This document shows positions 18,119 to 25,942 of a stretch of 60,445 nucleotides of DNA, in pieces (position 1 is the stretch's first letter; each line of letters opens with the position of its first letter). Origin of the DNA: Patescibacteria group bacterium (GTDB taxonomy: Bacteria > Patescibacteriota > Microgenomatia > UBA1400 > PJMF01); contig JBPOHR010000003.1 of the NCBI GenBank assembly GCA_052035325.1, positions 1-60,445 on the forward strand. The letters run 5' to 3'. The position numbers were made by a program, and so were the translations under genes. The notes under the pieces were generated by a model. It ran no database searches, was not told the origin of the DNA, and saw nothing but the letters and a program-made list of their open reading frames with translations.

Positions 18119-18697
18119 ATGCAAAAAGTTGGTGAGTTTTTCCTCGATTTTATGGAAACAATCGTTATCGCACTGTCCATTTTCTTGGTGGTGTACTTGT
18201 TTTTCATGCAACCACATCAAGTGAATGGCCAATCAATGGTTCCCAACTTCCAAAGTGGTCAATACGTCCTTACCGACAAAATCAGCTACAAGTTCCGCAA
18301 TCCCGAGCGCGGTGAGGTTGTAGTCTTCCACGCTCCAGAAAAAGCTCAGTGCCCTCAAGGCACAGGTTGTGACTTTATCAAACGCGTCATTGGTTTACCC
18401 GGCGATACAGTCGAGATTAGCAATAATAAAGTCAAAATTAATGGCGAAGTTCTGCCAGAACCCTACATTCCTGATGACTTTCAAATTTTGGCAGGCTCGT
18501 ACACCAAAAATGGCCCAGTAACTCTTGGTGATGATGAATATATGGTGTTTGGCGATAACCGACCGTATTCCAGTGATTCTCGTGCCTGGGGACCCATCCC
18601 AAAATCTGCCATTGTTGGCCGAGCTTTTTTCCGCTACTTACCGGTAACAGTGGCTGGACTCATTCAGAAAGCTGACTATCCAGAAGGTCAACGCTAA
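18119..18697 (+). CDS. lepB: Signal peptidase I
   Basis: VNGQSMVPNF (Ser), DFIKRVIGLPGD (Lys), GDNRPYSSDSRAWG. Confidence 0.97.
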   Translation: MQKVGEFFLDFMETIVIALSIFLVVYLFFMQPHQVNGQSMVPNFQSGQYVLTDKISYKFRNPERGEVVVFHAPEKAQCPQGTGCDFIKRVIGLPGDTVEISNNKVKINGEVLPEPYIPDDFQILAGSYTKNGPVTLGDDEYMVFGDNRPYSSDSRAWGPIPKSAIVGRAFFRYLPVTVAGLIQKADYPEGQR

Positions 18698-19528
18698 TCA
18701 CTGACCTCGTTTATTGGCAATGTCCATAATTCGTTGGAGATCTTCTTCGGTGCCTTCAGGTGGTCCACTGAGGGTAATGGTGACTCGAGTATGACGAGTC
18801 GAGCGAGATACTTTTAGTTGAGTTTTGGAATGAAAAAATGACTGCCAGCGTTTTTCCCATTTTTTGATCTGGGCATCATCAATATGAATAGAACGTGCGC
18901 CGCGTGCTGATTCCTCTTGTTGATCGCGATCACGAAATCTCCGAGACAACTCTTCAGCTCGACGGACTGAGGCATTTTCTTTCAACAAGATCTTATAACA
19001 CTCAATCATGCTTCGCTCATTATCGATACTGCTAAGAGCGCGTGCGTGTCCCTCACTGATCATTCCGCCAAGCAAACCGTCTTTGACAGCATCTGGCAAT
19101 GTCAGTAGTTTGAGTGAATTACTAATGTAAGGCGCCGACTTGCTGACTTTATCGGCAATTTGTTGTGTGGTGAACCCAAAATCACGCTGAAGTTGTTGGA
19201 ATGCTTGTCCACGCTCGATAGCGTTGAGATCAACCCGTTGGACATTTTCGACAATCGCCATCTCCAGCATCCCACGAGGAGTGGTTTTTTTGACAACTGC
19301 AGGAGCTGTTTTTAGACCTGCAATCTTGGCAGCACGCCAGCGACGCTCACCAGCAATGATCTGCATCCCAGCAGGTGTTTGTGCTACGACAAGTGGCTCC
19401 AAAATGCCATACGCTTTGATTGATTCAACGAGTTCATCTAACTGCGCCTTATCCATCTTACCGCGTGGCTGAAATGGGTTTGGTTGCAATTGAGAAATAT
19501 CGACGTGCTGAACTGAATCTTGTGACAT
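18698..19528 (-). CDS. parB: ParB/Spo0J family CTP-binding protein (no adjacent parA)
   Basis: PNPFQPR, GILEPLVV, IIAGERRWRAA, AIVENVQRVDLN.IE, HTH, GHARAL. Confidence 0.93.
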   Translation of the reverse strand: MSQDSVQHVDISQLQPNPFQPRGKMDKAQLDELVESIKAYGILEPLVVAQTPAGMQIIAGERRWRAAKIAGLKTAPAVVKKTTPRGMLEMAIVENVQRVDLNAIERGQAFQQLQRDFGFTTQQIADKVSKSAPYISNSLKLLTLPDAVKDGLLGGMISEGHARALSSIDNERSMIECYKILLKENASVRRAEELSRRFRDRDQQEESARGARSIHIDDAQIKKWEKRWQSFFHSKTQLKVSRSTRHTRVTITLSGPPEGTEEDLQRIMDIANKRGQ

Positions 19529-19575
19529 GACAATGGTATATCACATCTACTCGAGTATTGAACAGAGGGGATTTA

Positions 19576-19959
19576 TTAAGGTTTACCGACTAAGATTTTT
19601 TTTGCTTTATTAAATGCTGCTTCAAAAGTTTTAGAGAAATTGTTTTTATCTAATGTCTCATCTGTATCGTGTTCATGAAGCAAACTAGACATACCGACAG
19701 TGACAATATGTGGGTTGCCAGCAATAATTGCTAATAACTGTTTACCTGCAGTATTGTCGCCATCAATCTGGCCATCCATAAATACAATAGTGGGTTTAGT
19801 AGTACTAGCTAACCCAGTCAGCACCTCTCTAGCATTTTTGAATGTGTCACACAAGGTTACCCGCTCTTCATCTAGGTGTAGCCTTTGGAGGATTCTTGAT
19901 CCATATGCTGTATATAGTTCATCATCGTCAACAATAACTACACGTGGTGTTATTTCCAT
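19576..19959 (-). CDS. Stand-alone response-regulator receiver domain
   Basis: VVIVDDD acidic pocket, IVFMDG phospho-acceptor Asp, GMSS, conserved Lys in LDK; no output domain. Confidence 0.75.
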   Translation of the reverse strand: MEITPRVVIVDDDELYTAYGSRILQRLHLDEERVTLCDTFKNAREVLTGLASTTKPTIVFMDGQIDGDNTAGKQLLAIIAGNPHIVTVGMSSLLHEHDTDETLDKNNFSKTFEAAFNKAKKILVGKP

Positions 19960-19984
19960 ATAGAAAACAGTATAGCAAAAAAAC

Positions 19985-20236
19985 TTACTTAACGTGAACG
20001 GTGGTTTTGCCTAAGCGTTTGCCAAAGGTCACAATTCCATCCATCATGGCAAAAATCGTGTGATCTCGACCAATTCCCACGCCAGTGACTGGCTTGTACT
20101 TGGCACCACGCTGACGCAAAATGATCTGGCCGACTTTGATGGTTTGACCACCAAACAACTTCAAACCAAGGCGACGACCTTTGCGTTTACCTTGTGCATG
20201 TTGATTGACGCTACCGCCAGCTTTGACGTGTGACAT
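19985..20236 (-). CDS. rpmA: 50S ribosomal protein L27
   Basis: MSHVKAGGS...RLGLKLFGGQ...GQIILRQRG...GIGRDHTIFA. Confidence 0.97.
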   Translation of the reverse strand: MSHVKAGGSVNQHAQGKRKGRRLGLKLFGGQTIKVGQIILRQRGAKYKPVTGVGIGRDHTIFAMMDGIVTFGKRLGKTTVHVK

Positions 20237-20245
20237 AAAGACCTT

Positions 20246-21397
20246 TTACCTCGGATCGAATTTCAGGAAATGTATTTGACGCTGCACAATTGCTTGAGGG
20301 CGATGATACACCACTGGTTCGTGAAGCGTAGTGTAGCCAAATGGTGCCAATTTGTCAATCAACGACTCGAGTGAGTAAGTGTTTTTACCATCTACCACTA
20401 GTGGGAAAATCATTACGATTGTTGCACCAGGAGTCAAAATCCTAGTCCATGCCTTGAATGAACCTAAATACAGTTTTTCTAAACCTTTGAAAATGCCTGG
20501 TAGTTGCACACTGGTTGGCGTCGGCTTACCTAAGAACGGTTCTGTCACAATGTACTGCACTTTTCGACCAATTCGGTCGGCCGTGACTTGCGTAGCATCT
20601 GACATAAATATATTTCCTACAGCTGCTGAATCAAGTTTGAGACGATCTACCATCCAGGCGATGTTGGTGCGGGTGCCAGAACTAGCTTCTTGATCTAAAT
20701 CAGAACCAGCTACGTGAGAACCTCGAACCAACGCCTCGATCAAAACCGTGCCTGAACCACAAAAAGGATCATATAAAACACCAGTTGGCTTATCGGTGCC
20801 ACCAAGTGCACAGTTGACCATCATCCTGGCCACTTTGGGTGGTAGCAGTCCTTTTCGGCGATCCGCATATGGTTTACCACGGTCTCGCAATGTCCAAGCA
20901 TCGATATCTTGCACGGCGACCGTTAGTGCAAGAAATATTGAGTCTTCATTTTGAAAAACTATAATTTCTGCTAGTGATTGGTGGCTAAGTATTGATGATG
21001 AAAGGCCAGTTCGAGGACCCTCAAGATAACGCACTTTCAGCCCTTGCGCTAACAATTCTTTTTTAACTGATGCAACTGAAAGAGCTTCAAGGTGATCTCT
21101 ACCCCATTCAGCAAGACCAAACTTAAACTTTTTCAAATCAAGATTAATCAAAAACTCTATAATTTTCTCTTGAAGAATCTCATCACTTGTGTCATGGGGC
21201 AAGGTCTCGAGTAATCGAGCCGCTTTGATCAGTCCACCACTGGTATCTACCAGCGTGTTTGCGGCTTCATCATCTGGTAACTCCACAGCAATCACATTCT
21301 CAGCAAGTGAGGTTAGCTCGGCAGTGGGTAGTAAAGACTCTAACTCGACACGAGAGAGCTCGGGCGTATTGCCGAGTTGGAGCAGATAAGTTGACAT
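20246..21397 (-). CDS. Class I SAM-dependent RNA methyltransferase, Trm11/TrmG10 (UPF0020)-like
   Basis: LLPPKVARMMVN, LYDPFCGSGTVLIEA, GSDLD, IVTEPFLG; start set at ATG 21397. Confidence 0.8.
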   Translation of the reverse strand: MSTYLLQLGNTPELSRVELESLLPTAELTSLAENVIAVELPDDEAANTLVDTSGGLIKAARLLETLPHDTSDEILQEKIIEFLINLDLKKFKFGLAEWGRDHLEALSVASVKKELLAQGLKVRYLEGPRTGLSSSILSHQSLAEIIVFQNEDSIFLALTVAVQDIDAWTLRDRGKPYADRRKGLLPPKVARMMVNCALGGTDKPTGVLYDPFCGSGTVLIEALVRGSHVAGSDLDQEASSGTRTNIAWMVDRLKLDSAAVGNIFMSDATQVTADRIGRKVQYIVTEPFLGKPTPTSVQLPGIFKGLEKLYLGSFKAWTRILTPGATIVMIFPLVVDGKNTYSLESLIDKLAPFGYTTLHEPVVYHRPQAIVQRQIHFLKFDPR

Positions 21398-21405
21398 GAG
21401 ATCTA

Positions 21406-21720
21406 TTAAACAGCAATTTTCACCACTTCCCAAGTAGTGAGTTCTTGGCGGTGGCCGCGGACTTTGCGGTAGCGGGATTTAGGCTTATACGTAGCAACAC
21501 GGATTTTTTCTCCGCGGTGATGATCTGCAATCTTGAGAGTGACTTTGGCACCTTCTACTAAAGGTGTCCCAATGGTACGTTTTTCACCATCAACCACCAG
21601 CAATACGTCACTGACGGTCAGCGTTGACCCAACTTCCTCAGCAAGACGATTGGTCTCGACTGATTCGCCCTCTTGGACGCGATATTGTTTGCCGGCGATT
21701 TGAATGACTGCGTATTTCAT
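21406..21720 (-). CDS. rplU: 50S ribosomal protein L21
   Basis: MKYAVIQIAGKQYRVQEG...YKPKSRYRKVRGHRQELT; promoter TGG-TACAAT upstream. Confidence 0.97.
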   Translation of the reverse strand: MKYAVIQIAGKQYRVQEGESVETNRLAEEVGSTLTVSDVLLVVDGEKRTIGTPLVEGAKVTLKIADHHRGEKIRVATYKPKSRYRKVRGHRQELTTWEVVKIAV

Positions 21721-21784
21721 AGTTGTTGAGCTAGTATTGTACCACGAGCTTGGCAGTTCAGCAGAGGTAAATAAGGAAAGAGAC

Positions 21785-22849
21785 TTAGGATAGAAAGATT
21801 GACTCTGTCTGTCGGTAAAAATAACGAAGCGACTGTACTAATCCCAACAGCCACGAAATGGCAACAATTGAACTACCCCCATACGACAAAAAAGGTAACG
21901 TAATACCGGTAATAGGTAATAACCCCATATTCATACCTATATTGATTCCCGATTGAACCGTCAACATTACTGCTGTCGCCACAGCTATCGAGCGGCCAGC
22001 AGGATGAGTCGAGTGTTCACCAATCCACAAACAAGCAGCAATCATGGTCATATATACCATAATTACCAATACTGAACCCAAAAAGCCTACTTCTTCGGCA
22101 AAAGAGGCAAAAATGAAGTCAGTTTGACGCTCAGGTAGGAATCTTAGATGAGACTGAATACCCTCACCCAATCCTCTACCAGTCACTTCACCCGAGCCAA
22201 CTGCTATAAGTGCCTGACGAGCGTTGTAACTTGATGCGTCCTGACTGGCTTGTGGATTCGCGAAGCTATAGATTCGCTCTTTCTGATACGGTTTGAGGAA
22301 AAAGAGCCAGGCTACTAACCCAAGAACAGTACCAATACCAATCAAGCCCAAAATATAACGCAAATCTAATTTGCTTATCCACAGTACCGCGCCAAGCGCT
22401 GCGACATAAATCACTGTCGTCCCCAGATCAGGCTCAATAATAATCAGTCCAGCAGGCAACGCAATAATTGCCAAGATTTCGAGTAGTACTCGAAGATCTT
22501 TGCCATCAAATTTTTGCAAACGAGAAATTAGCATTAACACAACAGTAGGAATAGCCAATTGTGACGGCTGAATTGAAAATAAGGTACCCACATTGATCCA
22601 GCCTGTTATACCTCGAGTAGTAGTGCCTGTGACAAGCGGAATTATCAGTAGAACTATCAATGCGACATAGAGCAGTGGTGCGATTTTTAACCACCGTTGA
22701 AGACCATACCATGGCGTGGCAAAGAAAATCACCCCCGCTAATATGAGAAAAAAAAGCTGGAGCGTCGCCACACCAGGTGCAATGCTACGTAGGATGAGCA
22801 AACTCAAGCCACCCAGAATTGCCATACATGTTGGAAGCAACCACTTCAT
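21785..22849 (-). CDS. rodA: SEDS peptidoglycan polymerase RodA
   Basis: IQPSQLA, EPDLGT, LKPYQKERI, ALIAVGSG, FLPERQTDFIF, GITLPFLSYGGSS. Confidence 0.92.
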   Translation of the reverse strand: MKWLLPTCMAILGGLSLLILRSIAPGVATLQLFFLILAGVIFFATPWYGLQRWLKIAPLLYVALIVLLIIPLVTGTTTRGITGWINVGTLFSIQPSQLAIPTVVLMLISRLQKFDGKDLRVLLEILAIIALPAGLIIIEPDLGTTVIYVAALGAVLWISKLDLRYILGLIGIGTVLGLVAWLFFLKPYQKERIYSFANPQASQDASSYNARQALIAVGSGEVTGRGLGEGIQSHLRFLPERQTDFIFASFAEEVGFLGSVLVIMVYMTMIAACLWIGEHSTHPAGRSIAVATAVMLTVQSGINIGMNMGLLPITGITLPFLSYGGSSIVAISWLLGLVQSLRYFYRQTESIFLS

Positions 22850-22903
22850 GAATGGAGTATACGGGTTAATTTCAGAGATGACTAGTTTTCTCGATGTCTC
22901 ATA

Positions 22904-25723
22904 CTATGAAATCTTCAACTCTCCACCTTTTTTCAGCTTCGTATTCGTTTTTTTCTCAATTTCAGCTTGCCACTCTTCTGGCCAAGTCGGAGTTTCAATA
23001 GTAGCTTGGTCACTAGGCTTCAGACCGGCTTCGCGACGTAGTTTCTGGATAGTGCGCATGAGTTCTCGGGCTTCACCTTCTGCTCGTAAGTCATCAGTTA
23101 ATTCTGTATCAAGTACAACAGTCAGTTCACCATCACTTTTGTCCAATTCCACCGTTTTAACATTCAACTCTAACTTGATTACTTCCTCAACCGATACATT
23201 TTTCAGCACGACATTACCAGATACCGCAACCTTGCTAAGTGGTTGGCGCACTTTGATTCCACTCTCTTTACGAGCTGCGTGTCCCGCCTCCACTACCTGT
23301 CGCGCAATCACCATGTCGGCACCAAGTTTATCATTATCGAAATCAAGATATTCGTCTTTATCAGGCCACATCGTCAAGTGAATTGAAGCACTTTCACTAA
23401 CTAAAGTGTGAAACACCACTTCGCTAAAAAACGGGGCAAATGGTGCCATCAGTTGGGCTAACACAAAAAGTGCGTGACCAAAGACGTGCCCAGCTTCGCC
23501 CGTCGAATCATTCTTTATGCGTTCACGACTCAGACGCAGATACCAGGTAGAAAGATCATTCGCAAAAGCCATTAACCGTCGGCTAGCACGAACAACATCA
23601 TATGCATCCATGTAGTTCGTTACTTCTTTAACTAAGGCAGCCAGCTCATGCATCAACCACTGATCCATCACATCGGTTGGGGCAGCTGGCATTACCGTCA
23701 CATCGGCAGGTTTGCTCGCAAACTGCTCGTAAAAAGACAATACATTCCACCAAATCACAAACACATTGCGACGAATATCCGCGACCTCTTTTTCCGCAAA
23801 GTTCAAATTTTCACCCTTCATCACGGTTGAACTCATCAAGTACAAACGCAAACTATCCACACCATACTTTTCGATCAACACCATCGGATCTGGGTAATTT
23901 TTCTTAGATTTGCTCATCTTGGTGCCATCTTCTGCCAAAATCGTGCCCGTCGTCAGGACATTTTCAAATGGCTTTCGATCAAACAAAGCTGTTGACATCA
24001 CATGCATGGTATAGAACCAGGCGCGTGTCTGGGCAATGTACTCACTCACAAACTGCGCGGGTGATCGATCATGAAAGGTCTGTGCATTTTCAAATGGATA
24101 GTGTGGCACTGCAAACGGCATCGAGCCTGACTCGACCCAACAGTCAAACACCTCGGGGACTCGTGTCCCTTTGATCGTTCGCTCTTCGTTAATCCAGATT
24201 TCAATGTCGTCAATATACTCACGGTGAATATCCGTCAAATTAGCGACTCGCTCAGGCTCTACCGCCCACTCTTTTAGCTCAGATATCGAACCCACAATGC
24301 GATACTGCCCTTCAGCGCTCACCCAAATTGGCATGGGTGTACCCCAATATCTTGATCGGGAAATATTCCAATCAGGCGCATTCTCTAGACCTTTTTTGAA
24401 ACGGCCATGTTTGAGATGTTCAGGATACCAGTTAATCTGCTCGTTCAACTCCACAAGTCGCGGACGAAGTCGAGCAATATCAATAAACCAAGCGGGTAAT
24501 GGTGCGTAATACAATCTGGTGCCACACCGATAACAGGTAGCCACACTATGCGTATGTTGGTGGTGAGCATAAATCAACCCACGATCCATCAAGTGAGCAT
24601 CAATACTCTCGTTGGCTTTGAGAATAAATTGACCGGCCCATTCACCAATTTCTGGCTTTAGTTTACCTTCTTCATCGACGTGTTCAATAAGCTGGATACC
24701 TCGGTCTTTCATCACCCGATAGTCATCTTCACCATACACAGCCAACGTCACTACTCCGGTACCTTCTTCAGCGGTCACAAAAGGATCTGCAACCACGACA
24801 CCGAATTTTTCAGTTGACATTCGATCAGGATAAAAATCAAAGTGAGGTATGAACTCTAATTCTTCAAGTTCTTGACCAGTATAGGATTGCACTACTTCAT
24901 AGAATGTCTCTTTTTTTAATTCACTCAAGCGACTCTCCGCCAAAATATAGTACTCATTGCCTTGCTTGACTTTAACGTACCTCAAATCAGGATTCACAGC
25001 CAACGCAGGCGTAGCTAATTTGTTCCACGGCGTCGTCGACCAGGCCAGCAAATACGTATCAGCTTGACCTACTACTGGATACTTATATGTGGTTGAAGGT
25101 TCGCTGACTTCTTTGTAACTATTGTCCATCGCAATTTCGAAGTTAGAGAGAGGCGTCGAGCATCGTGGACAGTACAAGATCACTTTGCGACCTTCATAGA
25201 CTAGCTTTTTCTCCCACAGTTGTTTGAATCCCCACCAGACCGATTCCATGAAAGTGGTATCCATGGTTTTGTAGTTGTGCTCAAAGTCTACCCAACGACC
25301 AAGGCGACCAATGATCCGCTCCCACTCTTTATCGAGCTTCAGCACTTCTTGACGACAAGCATCGTTAAACTGATCAATTCCGAACTCCTCAATCCCTTTT
25401 TTACCACCTTTGATCTCGAGTTTTTGCTCGATCATGTTCTCGATAGGCAAACCATGACAGTCCCAACCCCAGACGCGCTCTACCCTGTAGCCCTTCATCG
25501 TCCAATAGCGAGGAATCACGTCTTTGGTGGTAGAGGCGAGTAAGTGACCGTAATGAGGTAAACCAGTAGCAAATGGTGGACCATCGTAGAACACATAGGC
25601 TTTGTCGGCTGGCCGCTCTTGAACCGACTTTTCAAAGGTCTGATCATCCTGCCAGAACTGTTGCACTTCCTCCTCAAGTTGAGGGAAAGAAGGTGGCTGA
25701 GTAAAGTTAGTTGCTTTGGGCAT
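22904..25723 (-). CDS. ileS: Isoleucine--tRNA ligase, type 2 (IleRS2)
   Basis: DGPPFATGLPHYGH, GWDCHGLPIE, WSTTPW, DWNISRSRYWGTPMPIW, QTRAWFY, KMSKS. Confidence 0.97.
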   Translation of the reverse strand: MPKATNFTQPPSFPQLEEEVQQFWQDDQTFEKSVQERPADKAYVFYDGPPFATGLPHYGHLLASTTKDVIPRYWTMKGYRVERVWGWDCHGLPIENMIEQKLEIKGGKKGIEEFGIDQFNDACRQEVLKLDKEWERIIGRLGRWVDFEHNYKTMDTTFMESVWWGFKQLWEKKLVYEGRKVILYCPRCSTPLSNFEIAMDNSYKEVSEPSTTYKYPVVGQADTYLLAWSTTPWNKLATPALAVNPDLRYVKVKQGNEYYILAESRLSELKKETFYEVVQSYTGQELEELEFIPHFDFYPDRMSTEKFGVVVADPFVTAEEGTGVVTLAVYGEDDYRVMKDRGIQLIEHVDEEGKLKPEIGEWAGQFILKANESIDAHLMDRGLIYAHHQHTHSVATCYRCGTRLYYAPLPAWFIDIARLRPRLVELNEQINWYPEHLKHGRFKKGLENAPDWNISRSRYWGTPMPIWVSAEGQYRIVGSISELKEWAVEPERVANLTDIHREYIDDIEIWINEERTIKGTRVPEVFDCWVESGSMPFAVPHYPFENAQTFHDRSPAQFVSEYIAQTRAWFYTMHVMSTALFDRKPFENVLTTGTILAEDGTKMSKSKKNYPDPMVLIEKYGVDSLRLYLMSSTVMKGENLNFAEKEVADIRRNVFVIWWNVLSFYEQFASKPADVTVMPAAPTDVMDQWLMHELAALVKEVTNYMDAYDVVRASRRLMAFANDLSTWYLRLSRERIKNDSTGEAGHVFGHALFVLAQLMAPFAPFFSEVVFHTLVSESASIHLTMWPDKDEYLDFDNDKLGADMVIARQVVEAGHAARKESGIKVRQPLSKVAVSGNVVLKNVSVEEVIKLELNVKTVELDKSDGELTVVLDTELTDDLRAEGEARELMRTIQKLRREAGLKPSDQATIETPTWPEEWQAEIEKKTNTKLKKGGELKIS

Positions 25724-25766
25724 AAAAAAACCTCCATCGCGCTATATACATAGTGCGTGAAGGTTT
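25724..25766 (-). terminator. ileS leader terminator / SD-sequestering hairpin
   Basis: AAACCUUC-ACGCACUAUGUAUAUAGCGCGAU-GGAGGUUU followed by more U's (7 in total) and then AUG; the 5' arm overlaps the antiterminator. Confidence 0.8.
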
Positions 25767-25905
25767 CTCGAGATCTCTCAAGAAAGGTACCAACCTTCTG
25801 TACTTGATTATGGCTGTATCGGGCTCCCCGGCTCGGTCTAGTGTCTATGCTTCAGCAAAGAGTTCTTCGAGCACCTCCCCTAGTGATGGCTAGGGTTATG
25901 CGGCT
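25724..25905 (-). ncRNA. T-box riboswitch leader of ileS with ultrashort Stem I (specifier AUC)
   Basis: Promoter TGG-TACACT (25912-25920); hairpin CCCUAG-CCAUCA-CUAGGG (25878-25895); T-box AGAAGGU-UGGUACC (25786-25792 bulge); antiterminator closed by CCUU; alternative hairpin followed by U7. Confidence 0.9.
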
Positions 25906-25942
25906 ATATGTAGTGTACCACGAGGCAGCTGGTAACAAAATG

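Noticed and set aside
18698-19575. parS site or origin region near parB
   Set aside because: I saw no TGTTNCACGTGAAACA-like palindrome, DnaA-box cluster or parA/dnaA gene by eye. A computational scan should confirm this.
25530-25570. Mupirocin hyper-resistance signature in IleRS2
   Set aside because: The motif is the ordinary HYGH, not the swapped GxHH form.
25516-25737. 73-aa ORF starting within the ileS leader (possible leader peptide)
   Set aside because: It is out of frame inside ileS, and its start lies within the terminator/SD hairpin. The T-box explains the region without a peptide.
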